From contig NC_013926.1 in the NCBI RefSeq assembly GCF_000025665.1, positions 870,001 through 902,000 of the forward strand: a DNA stretch of 32,000 bases, read 5' to 3'. Position numbers and translations under genes: made by a program. The DNA comes from Aciduliprofundum boonei T469 (GTDB taxonomy: Archaea > Thermoplasmatota > Thermoplasmata > Thermoplasmatales > Aciduliprofundaceae). Under the pieces are notes generated by a model. It had not been told where the DNA came from, ran no database searches, and worked only from the letters and a program-made list of their open reading frames with translations. Numbering within the stretch: the first letter of the stretch is position 1; each line of letters opens with the position of its first letter. This document shows positions 1 through 7,611 of the stretch, in pieces.

Positions 1-867
1 GATGCAAGAAAGATTGCTAGAGAAGCGGTAAAGAAAATGAAGGATTACCAAGTTCAAATTTTTGATACTTCTGGCAGGCATGCTCTTGAGGATGATTTAA
101 TCGAAGAGATAAAAGATTTGAAAGAAATAATTCAGCCAGATGAGATTTTCTTGGTTTTGGATGCTACAATAGGGCAGCAAGCTGGAAAGCAGGCAAAGGC
201 CTTTCACGATGCTGTTGGAGTCACAGGGGTAATAATTACAAAGATGGATGGAAGTGCAAAGGGAGGAGGTGCCTTGAGTGCAGTGGCTGCCACAGGAGCA
301 CCGGTAGTGTTTATTGGGACTGGCGAGCATCTTGAGGACTTAGAGCATTTCAATCCAACACGCTTCATATCCAGATTGTTAGGTATGGGTGATTTAGAAA
401 CTTTACTTGAAACCGCAAAAGAATTAGAGTTAAAGGAAGAAGAAGCAGAGAAGGTAATGGAGCGCATGATGAGTGGAAAGTTCAATCTAAAGGATATGTA
501 TGAGATTTGGGAGCAGATGGCAAAGCCCGGACTTTTGCAGAAAATTCTTTACTCTCTACCATTTTTCAAGATGGGGGATATAGATAAAGGAATGGTTGAG
601 GAAAGCGAGGAGAAATTGAGAAAGTATAGAATAATAATGGATTCTATGACATACGAGGAATTAGAGAATCCTGAAATAATAAAATCCTCAAGGATTAAGA
701 GGATTGCCAGGGGAAGTGGAAGAAGTGAGCAGGAAGTGCGCTCTTTGCTCAAAGAGTATAACAGGATGAAAAAGACAATGAAGCAGATGCGCGGAAATCG
801 TAAATTGATGAGAGCTTTAAGAAAGCAATTAAAAAGTGGAGATTTTGATATGTCGGGATTCACATGA
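1..867 (+). CDS. srp54: Signal recognition particle protein SRP54, C-terminal part (5' end lies upstream of the window)
   Basis: Frame 1 is open from nt 1 (DARKIAREAVKK precedes the first Met of the ORF track). It carries SRP54 GTPase motifs DTSGRH (DTAGR-type) and TKMDGSAKGGGALS. A Met-rich M domain follows (MERMMSGKFNLKDMYEIWEQM ... MKQMRGNRKLMRAL). The stop overlaps the next start (ATGA at 864-867). Confidence 0.93.
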   Translation, partial: DARKIAREAVKKMKDYQVQIFDTSGRHALEDDLIEEIKDLKEIIQPDEIFLVLDATIGQQAGKQAKAFHDAVGVTGVIITKMDGSAKGGGALSAVAATGAPVVFIGTGEHLEDLEHFNPTRFISRLLGMGDLETLLETAKELELKEEEAEKVMERMMSGKFNLKDMYEIWEQMAKPGLLQKILYSLPFFKMGDIDKGMVEESEEKLRKYRIIMDSMTYEELENPEIIKSSRIKRIARGSGRSEQEVRSLLKEYNRMKKTMKQMRGNRKLMRALRKQLKSGDFDMSGFT

Positions 868-1433
868 GAGCTTTTTTAGTTATAGGGCACAAATTTAAAG
901 GGGAGATAAATTTAAACGACCTTCCTGGCTCTGGGAGAATAGATGTTATTGCAAGATGCATAAATGCTGCCATATTTCTCTCCCACAACATAAGGAGAGA
1001 TGTTCTATTCTTCGCTTACTTCCCACAAATCAATGCTCGTTTACGAATTGATTCCTCGCAAGTTAAGTATTTAAATCCCGATGAGAGAAGCACAGCTGCC
1101 TTAATAAGAAATGCCATTTTAAAATTAGGAGAGAGTGAGATTAAGAGTTCTCCAGGATTTTACATAAAAAGGGCTAGTTTTGAAGAAGTTTTAAATGAAA
1201 TTGCAGAAATAGGCAATGTATATTATTTGCGTGAAGATGGAAAGGACATAAGGGAGCTGGAGTTTCCGGCTAATGCATCCTTCGTATTGAGCGACAGCGT
1301 AAATATGAGTGAAGATGAAGAGAAGCTTGTGGATAAATATGCGGATGATATCGTAACTGTGGGGCCGAAGATCATACTAGCTTCTCACGCCATATCCATT
1401 GTGCATAACGAGTTAGACAGGCGATTTCCATGA
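864..1433 (+). CDS. trmY: tRNA (pseudouridine54-N1)-methyltransferase TrmY (SPOUT, DUF358 family)
   Basis: The N-terminus INLNDLPGSGRIDVIARCINAAIFLSHNIRRDV matches my recollection of the archaeal TrmY family signature (DLPGS.GR.D...RC....F.SH.IRRD). Length of 189 aa is typical. It is ATGA-coupled to srp54 upstream and to the radical SAM gene downstream. Confidence 0.85.
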   Translation: MRAFLVIGHKFKGEINLNDLPGSGRIDVIARCINAAIFLSHNIRRDVLFFAYFPQINARLRIDSSQVKYLNPDERSTAALIRNAILKLGESEIKSSPGFYIKRASFEEVLNEIAEIGNVYYLREDGKDIRELEFPANASFVLSDSVNMSEDEEKLVDKYADDIVTVGPKIILASHAISIVHNELDRRFP

Positions 1434-2356
1434 TTCGATTATCCTATGGTACAGCGGTTAAAATGGGTTTAAAAGAAGGAAAGATGCTTGCAGAACCTAC
1501 AACTGCTTACATAATGCTCGGGGAGAGATGCATATCCAATTGCCTATTTTGTGCTCAAAGAAGAGAAGGCAGAAAAGAAGGTTATTTATCACGAGTTTTG
1601 TGGCTCTCCTATACGGATGAGGTTCTTCGCAATTTAAGAGGATTCTCACGAGTGTGCTTTCAAACTCTTGATTATCCTGAGGTTGTGAATGATTTGAGTT
1701 CCCTACTTCCCCTATTGCCTTCCATTCCTGTTTCAGTTTCTATAGTTCCTATTTCTAATGAGGATATGAAGAGGTTAAAAGAGGAAGGTGTTGAAATTAT
1801 CAGTATTGCATTGGACGCTGCTACTAAGGAAATATTTGATGATGTTAAAGGGTACAAAGTCGGAAATCGCTTCACTTGGGAAGGGCATTGGAGAGCTTTG
1901 AAAGATGCAATTAAAATTTTTGATTCTGTGAATACACATTTAATTGTTGGATTGGGAGAGAGTGATAAAGCATTGTACAATATTATGGCGAGATTGAGTG
2001 ATATGGGAATATCCATAGCTTTATTCGCTTTTATGCCAGTTTTTGGAGGAAAGCAACCATCATTGCATAGATACCGGGTTATACAATTAATGCGTTATCT
2101 TTTTTCGAGGAACTACAGAAATTTTGCAGAGTTTGAAGATGAAAGAGTCATGGAAATCATAGTGCCGGAGGAAGAAAGGAAAAATATTATGAGAGGAATA
2201 CCTTTTCTAACCTCTGGATGCCCGGGATGTAATCGCCCTTTTTACAACGAGAGACCTGGGGGAAAGATTTACAACTATCCATTTTTACCAAAGAAGAATG
2301 TGGCAAGGGAATTGATTAAAGAATGCGAAGAATATGCTAAAATTATTTGGATTTAG
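1430..2356 (+). CDS. Radical SAM protein, BioB/HydE-like fold, specific function unknown
   Basis: It has a CX3CX2C cluster motif (CISNCLFC) about 35 residues from the N-terminus. HLIVGLGES is typical of biotin-synthase-like radical SAM barrels. There is a C-terminal Cys pair (GCPGCNRPFYNE). The start overlaps the trmY stop (ATGA at 1430-1433). Confidence 0.8.
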   Translation: MIRLSYGTAVKMGLKEGKMLAEPTTAYIMLGERCISNCLFCAQRREGRKEGYLSRVLWLSYTDEVLRNLRGFSRVCFQTLDYPEVVNDLSSLLPLLPSIPVSVSIVPISNEDMKRLKEEGVEIISIALDAATKEIFDDVKGYKVGNRFTWEGHWRALKDAIKIFDSVNTHLIVGLGESDKALYNIMARLSDMGISIALFAFMPVFGGKQPSLHRYRVIQLMRYLFSRNYRNFAEFEDERVMEIIVPEEERKNIMRGIPFLTSGCPGCNRPFYNERPGGKIYNYPFLPKKNVARELIKECEEYAKIIWI

Positions 2357-4187
2357 TTTCCTCACCAATAGTTCTTGCTTCCAAGGAGAAAATGTATTGT
2401 GAGGCATAGATCTCGTGGGATAGGAGATATGTTGAATAAACTATTGCCCATAGAGCTAGGAGCGGAGGTACAATAAGCCACCATTTATCCCAGTACCCTG
2501 TAAAATACGCGTTTGAAATCATCCATCCCCAAGTTGGAACCGTATAATTTCCAAATCCCAAGAATGATATGCCTACTTCAAGCAATAGTGCCATGGTCAC
2601 TGCACTAAGGGCATATACTGTCGATATTCCCTTTATTTCTGGAAATATGTGAACTAATATTATTCTCCAGTGTCCAGCTCCTGATAATTTTGCGCTTTCT
2701 ACGAATGCCTTTTCTTTAACAACCTTCGTATAATTTCTAACAGCTCTTGCTTCCAAGGGTGAGAGTGCAAATATGGAAGCCCATATAGTTGCTTCTATGT
2801 GATGAGATATGCCAAACAAATAAATCATAAGAGCTGCATAGCCGATCGCAGGTATGAACAGAAAAGAATCTGAGAGAAGAAGCAGTAATTCATCAGTAGT
2901 CCCGCCGAAATATCCTGCAATCACTCCCCAGAGTGTACCTAAGAGAAGAACTATTGCTCCGCTTACAAATGCAATATACAACTCGCTTCTAAAGCTCCAT
3001 AGGAGTTGAGAGAAAACATCCCTTCCGGCAAAATCGGTGCCCAGGATATATTTTTTACTTGGTGGTAGAGGAGTTATCATCTTTCCAGAATAGCTGTACT
3101 GTTGGACATCTTTTTGATTTTCCAAAATAGCTAAAAGATAGGTTGTATGTGACATCTCTGTAAGGAGGATGTTGTATACATTCACATCTTTTCCCCACTG
3201 GATAGCTCCATCTGTTAGTATAAATCCTATTTTTCCATTTTTGAAAATCACTCCTATGCCATCTATAAACGGGCTTGCTACATATTTCTTTACATCATCA
3301 ACTTTCCAAGAAAAACCGTTTTTGAGGACATCCACCTTCCCAAACACGCCAGATGGAGAATAAGCAAAAAGAATCCCTCCACGATACTCTAAGGATGTAA
3401 TTTCACATGGCATTTGTATATCTGCCCTCTTGCTTCCATTTTCTATGGATAATGCCTCTATTTCGTTATGAGAAGCTATGTATAATTTATCGTTTCCATA
3501 GATGGGCAAGAATATTGGATTTGATGTGAAATTTCCTCTTTTCTCCCACACAATTTTTCCATTGGATGTTATATCAATGATTTTATCGTGAAAGGATACA
3601 AAAATATGGTTGTAATCATAATGCAATCCTAAGGGTTTTTGATGCGCTACAATGTGCCATAATGGCTTTGTAGAGAATCCGTAAGGGCTGTATTGGAATG
3701 CGTATAAACCTGTGCTGTTGTAAGTAACAAACCCTGTAAAAGAAGAGAAGGGCGGATTGAGAATGTAGATAGAAACAGTATCGTTTATAGGGTATCTTAC
3801 AAGAGCGGTGCCTGAAAATACATAGATATAATTTTGGTTGTAAAACACAGGAAAGCCATGGGGATATATTCTAAGAATCTTTATGTCTGAATAGTTTTGT
3901 AATGGTAAATTCTCTTCAAATGTGATATTATGGTTCAGAATATTGTAATATATGAATTCAGAACTCTCGGTTATCATATAAAATTCATCTTCATAAGCGT
4001 TCATTCTAACTATTTTATAAGGAAATGAATAATTGGCAACTATTTGGGGTACAAATATATCTGTAGGTGGGGCTCTATAGCTCAGAGGTGGCCGTAGAGG
4101 CATTATGGGTACTAGGAGAGCAATAATTATGTAAGTGATAATCACGGCAATAGCGACTTTTCCCTTGAGAGATACTTTCAGTTTCAT
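2343..4187 (-). CDS. ABC transporter permease, OppC/DppC-like, with ~370-aa N-terminal extracytoplasmic beta-propeller-like domain
   Basis: One N-terminal TM helix (VAIAVIITYIIIALLVPIM) is followed by a Tyr/Asn-rich region. That region has many N-x-S/T sequons and PQQ/beta-propeller-like strands (ITSNGKIVWEK, LTDGAIQWGKD). A canonical OppC entry motif follows (ILGTDFAGRDVFSQLLWSFRSEL), then 5 more TM helices with the EAA-loop region (ESAKLSGAGHWRIILVHIFPE). The start is ATGA-coupled to the upstream permease. Confidence 0.85.
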   Translation of the reverse strand: MKLKVSLKGKVAIAVIITYIIIALLVPIMPLRPPLSYRAPPTDIFVPQIVANYSFPYKIVRMNAYEDEFYMITESSEFIYYNILNHNITFEENLPLQNYSDIKILRIYPHGFPVFYNQNYIYVFSGTALVRYPINDTVSIYILNPPFSSFTGFVTYNSTGLYAFQYSPYGFSTKPLWHIVAHQKPLGLHYDYNHIFVSFHDKIIDITSNGKIVWEKRGNFTSNPIFLPIYGNDKLYIASHNEIEALSIENGSKRADIQMPCEITSLEYRGGILFAYSPSGVFGKVDVLKNGFSWKVDDVKKYVASPFIDGIGVIFKNGKIGFILTDGAIQWGKDVNVYNILLTEMSHTTYLLAILENQKDVQQYSYSGKMITPLPPSKKYILGTDFAGRDVFSQLLWSFRSELYIAFVSGAIVLLLGTLWGVIAGYFGGTTDELLLLLSDSFLFIPAIGYAALMIYLFGISHHIEATIWASIFALSPLEARAVRNYTKVVKEKAFVESAKLSGAGHWRIILVHIFPEIKGISTVYALSAVTMALLLEVGISFLGFGNYTVPTWGWMISNAYFTGYWDKWWLIVPPLLALWAIVYSTYLLSHEIYASQYIFSLEARTIGEETKSK

Positions 4188-5776
4188 CTTCTCACCCTTG
4201 GATCAAGGAAGTAAATCACAATGTCTGAGAATATAGAAGCGGCTATCATTACTAATGAGAAATATATAATTGCAATTTGAATCTGAAATGGATTGCCGTT
4301 TATTGTACCTTTGAATAGAATTAGCCCAATTCCCTTTATGTGAAATATAACTTCTAAGAACACCTGTGCTGTCAAGATCCATCCAAAATTCAGCACCAAA
4401 TCTGTCATTGTAGGAATCATTGTACTTTTCTTTATGAATTTCTTAATCCTCTTTGGAGTTAATCCCACTGCCTGAAATGTTTTAACATAGGGCTCCATGT
4501 ATTCTCTGTTGGCTATAGAATGGGCTATCAAATAAGGTCTAGCAATGGTTAAAAGTGAGAGAATGAGAGAAGCAATAATGATTCTTATTCCCTCTTGCCA
4601 CCCATTTGTAGGAGAAACTAGAGCATCGTATAATAAAGGCCAGTTCTGGAATGTTTGTAAAATAACTAAAGATGCGTAGAAGGTTGGTATAGAGTATAAA
4701 GCTAAAAATATGGCAGCATATATGTCTAAAGAGCGAGGGCTCTTTTTGCGGATGGCCAAGTAGAGTGATGAGAAATATGTTATCACTGTAGTTAATATGA
4801 ATATTGTGAGAGACACAATAATGGCATTTTTAAGGTCTATGGGCTGTGTACCCCAGTTTACTCCCTTTGTTATTCCCCCCGTTAAAATTAGATGCCACCA
4901 GTTCAAGTACTGATCATACCAAGGTCTGTCAAGGTGATAGTATTTTATTATATAGAATCTCATAACTATATCTGATATCCCCCCAACTCTAACCTGTGGG
5001 GGTGGACCAAAAACCCAAAGAATGTAAAATAGGATGGTCAGGACTATAAAAAGTGCAAATAAATTTCTGAGTGTGCTCCTTATAAGAAGTTTTATACCTT
5101 TAACACGCCCCCCTCTAAATTTATATGCTATAAATACAAACACACCAATTAATGCGGCCAAGAATGAATAGGCATAAATGCTCATCCGGTAATAGTATTC
5201 CTCTCTGAATTTTATGATAATGGAGCTATCAAATCTCCCTTTAATTTTATTCTTCTCAGTAATTGAATCAATTAGATTGCTCTGTAGAATAGTATCGTTT
5301 TTCGGAAGGGCTATTGAGAACATACCTGAAACATCAGGAAGGCTTATCTTTAGAGTATGGTCATATGTGCCATTTAAATAAAATGTGAAATTAAAGCTTA
5401 TAGCGTAATATGATGAAGTGTTTACAGGCATAGGAAAACTATAATTCTCATACTTGTGTATCCCTTTTAAATTAACTATGGGATTTCTTCCATCTATAGT
5501 TAGGTTATGAAAAATCAAAAAATAATTTCCTGCAGGTGTGAAATTTAATTTCATCATATTTTCATCAAGCAACTTTAAAAATTCCGAGAAATCCAGGTAT
5601 CCAGAATGGTCTTTATCGTACTCTTTTTTTAATTGCGGAGAGAAAATCTGTTTTATAAATATATGTCCAGAGTATCTATCTTTAATTTCAGAATTAATAT
5701 TTGAGTTTTTAGCGTGAATTGAAGGTATTAGCAAGATTGAAATTATGAAAAGTACAATGATAATCTTTTTAATCAT
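4184..5776 (-). CDS. ABC transporter permease, OppB/DppB-like, with ~200-aa N-terminal extracytoplasmic domain containing an EF-hand loop
   Basis: It starts with a signal/anchor helix (MIKKIIIVLFIISILLIPSIHA) and a sequon-rich ectodomain. OppB hallmarks follow: LDRPWYDQYLNWWHLILTGG, the EAA-loop region EPYVKTFQAVGLTPKRIKKFIKKSTMIP, and the C-terminal DIVIYFLDPRVRR. Confidence 0.85.
   Translation of the reverse strand: MIKKIIIVLFIISILLIPSIHAKNSNINSEIKDRYSGHIFIKQIFSPQLKKEYDKDHSGYLDFSEFLKLLDENMMKLNFTPAGNYFLIFHNLTIDGRNPIVNLKGIHKYENYSFPMPVNTSSYYAISFNFTFYLNGTYDHTLKISLPDVSGMFSIALPKNDTILQSNLIDSITEKNKIKGRFDSSIIIKFREEYYYRMSIYAYSFLAALIGVFVFIAYKFRGGRVKGIKLLIRSTLRNLFALFIVLTILFYILWVFGPPPQVRVGGISDIVMRFYIIKYYHLDRPWYDQYLNWWHLILTGGITKGVNWGTQPIDLKNAIIVSLTIFILTTVITYFSSLYLAIRKKSPRSLDIYAAIFLALYSIPTFYASLVILQTFQNWPLLYDALVSPTNGWQEGIRIIIASLILSLLTIARPYLIAHSIANREYMEPYVKTFQAVGLTPKRIKKFIKKSTMIPTMTDLVLNFGWILTAQVFLEVIFHIKGIGLILFKGTINGNPFQIQIAIIYFSLVMIAASIFSDIVIYFLDPRVRR
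5582..5617 (-). other. Canonical 12-residue EF-hand Ca2+-binding loop inside the permease ectodomain
   Basis: The minus strand translates to DKDHSGYLDFSE followed by F. Every position satisfies the PROSITE-style EF-hand loop pattern as I recall it (D-x-[DNS]-x-[DENSTG]-[DNQGHRK]-x-[LIVMC]-[DENQSTAGC]-x-x-[DE]-[LIVMFYW]). Confidence 0.6.
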
Positions 5777-5859
5777 TAAGGAAGGGGATGATTTCAGAGA
5801 AGATAAATTTAACTATAAATTTGGCAAAAAAATTAATATTTTTAAAGAGATTTGTAACT
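5777..5859. promoter_or_regulatory. Divergent promoter region between the permease operon (-) and polB (+)
   Basis: This is an AT-rich spacer with several TATA-like boxes (aaatttatag / ttaaatttat around 5803-5820; aattaatattttta around 5830-5845). AAGGAAGGGG directly precedes the ATG at 5788. The attaatat box sits about 25 nt before the alternative ATG at 5860, which fits a leaderless start. Confidence 0.4.
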
Positions 5860-7611
5860 ATGAGAACTTTGTATTTCAAAACTCTTGCGAAAACTGAGAG
5901 CGGATATATAAATCCAAAAAAAGATAGCATTTATATGCTTGCTCTACAAACCAATAATATTAGGATTTTAAAAGGAAATGAAAAAGATATAATAGAAAAA
6001 TTCGTAGAAATTTTCAATGAGTACAATCCTGATCGAATTGTTGGATTTAAACAGGATACCGAAGATTTCCCGTTGCTCTACGAAAGGGCTAAGAGATATG
6101 ATATAAATTTAAATCTTGGTAGAGATGGGAGTGCTATAGATTTTTCTGGGAAATATTTTAGGGGTATAATTCTGAAGGAAACAAAAATTCAAGGGAGAGA
6201 AAATATAGACCTATTTGCCATAGCTTGGCGCGATTTTCCGAGATTGCCTACCAAGGAAATAGACGAGCTTGCCAATGCTTTAGAAGTTAAGGGATTTGAG
6301 AGAATCCCCCAGTTCAGAATTAGGGAAAAGAGTGATGAAGAGTTGGAATCGTATTTGAAAAACTATGTGAAAATAATTGTAGAGATAGCGGATGCCATAT
6401 TACCGTTTGAGGAGAGTATATCAGGTATATGTGGTATCCCAATTGACAGGCAAACGAGAATGACTGTGGGTGAATTGATAGATGTTGTTGTGGCCAGAGA
6501 GATGAAACGGAGAGGTATAGATAAGATGAAAGTGGGAAAATCCAAAAAGTATGAAGGGGGCTATGTATGGTTAAAGGAGCCAGGCGTGTATGAGAATATA
6601 ACCTATCTGGATTTTCAAAGCATGTATCCCAATATCATTAAAGCGTGGAACATCAGCCCTGAAACTGTGGACATGGGTGGGGGCGAGGAAGTGGAAATTG
6701 AAGGTGTTAAACATAAAATAAAAAAAGATGTTCGTGGTGTTATTCCAGAACTTGTTGATGATTTTCTATCCAAAAGATTGGAGTTAAAGAGAAAATTGAA
6801 GGATAAGTACGATAAGAGAATTGACGCTGAGCAGAAGGCCCTGAAGGTCATGGCAAATGCTATGTATGGTTATATGGGCTGGAATGGAGCATCATATTAC
6901 AATAGAAACGCCGCCGAATTGATTGCTGCTTTGGCTAGATATTACATAAAGAATGTGCAGAGAATTATAGAGGAAATGGGAGGCACAATAATTTATGTGG
7001 ATACTGATGGCATTCAATTTATTGGAGGAGATTGGAAGAAAATCATGAACAAAATCAACGATGAATATCCTCTAAATATTGAATTGGAGAGAATAGTGCA
7101 GCGGGGAGTTTATTGGACTAAGAAGAAGTATGCACATCTTTATGATGGTAAGGTAACTGGTGTAGGGGTAGAGTATATAAGGAGAGATTACCCCAAGATA
7201 ATAAAAGATGCACAGAGGCAAATTGTAGAGCATTTGCTTAAAGGGAATGTAGAAAGAGCGAGGGAGCTCAGGAGAAAATATAGGAATATGATAAAAGAAG
7301 GTAAATTTGAAATTGAAGATATTGCGGTGGTTGAGCAGTTAACAAAGAAACCGGAGGAATATGAGAAAGCCACGAAAGCCAGCATAGCTGCTAAAATTTT
7401 GATGGAAAATTACGGGATTGAAGTGCATAGGGGAATGTACATTTACATAGCGATAGTAAAGGGAGTTGGAGGTCCAACATATAGGGCTAGGCCTATCGAA
7501 ATGGTGAGAATTGAGGATTTAGATTTATCCTACTACCTTTCAATGTATGATGATACGATAAACAGAACATTTGAGCCCTTTAAAGTGTCTCCCACTAACC
7601 AGTGGTTTTGA
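5788..7611 (+). CDS. polB: Family B DNA polymerase, short form (PolB2/Dpo2-like): polymerase motifs intact, N-terminal domain absent, exonuclease motifs degenerate
   Basis: Motif A is YLDFQSMYPNII, motif B is KVMANAMYGYMG, motif C is YVDTDG (6994-7011). The KxY motif is WTKKKYAHL, and VEYIRRDYP is present. The Exo I position reads LYFKTLA instead of FDIET. Exo II reads GFKQDTEDFPLL (Asn lost). Exo III Y-x3-D is not recognisable (SYLKNY). An alternative start at ATG 5860 (MRTLYFK...) is plausible. Confidence 0.9.
   Translation: MISEKINLTINLAKKLIFLKRFVTMRTLYFKTLAKTESGYINPKKDSIYMLALQTNNIRILKGNEKDIIEKFVEIFNEYNPDRIVGFKQDTEDFPLLYERAKRYDINLNLGRDGSAIDFSGKYFRGIILKETKIQGRENIDLFAIAWRDFPRLPTKEIDELANALEVKGFERIPQFRIREKSDEELESYLKNYVKIIVEIADAILPFEESISGICGIPIDRQTRMTVGELIDVVVAREMKRRGIDKMKVGKSKKYEGGYVWLKEPGVYENITYLDFQSMYPNIIKAWNISPETVDMGGGEEVEIEGVKHKIKKDVRGVIPELVDDFLSKRLELKRKLKDKYDKRIDAEQKALKVMANAMYGYMGWNGASYYNRNAAELIAALARYYIKNVQRIIEEMGGTIIYVDTDGIQFIGGDWKKIMNKINDEYPLNIELERIVQRGVYWTKKKYAHLYDGKVTGVGVEYIRRDYPKIIKDAQRQIVEHLLKGNVERARELRRKYRNMIKEGKFEIEDIAVVEQLTKKPEEYEKATKASIAAKILMENYGIEVHRGMYIYIAIVKGVGGPTYRARPIEMVRIEDLDLSYYLSMYDDTINRTFEPFKVSPTNQWF

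Noticed and set aside
5788-7611. The short PolB as the polymerase of a mobile element (casposon, pipolin or provirus)
   Set aside because: No Cas1, integrase, terminal protein, inverted repeats or other mobile-element genes flank it. The neighbours are a permease operon and arcS. Mobile origin cannot be fully excluded without phylogeny.
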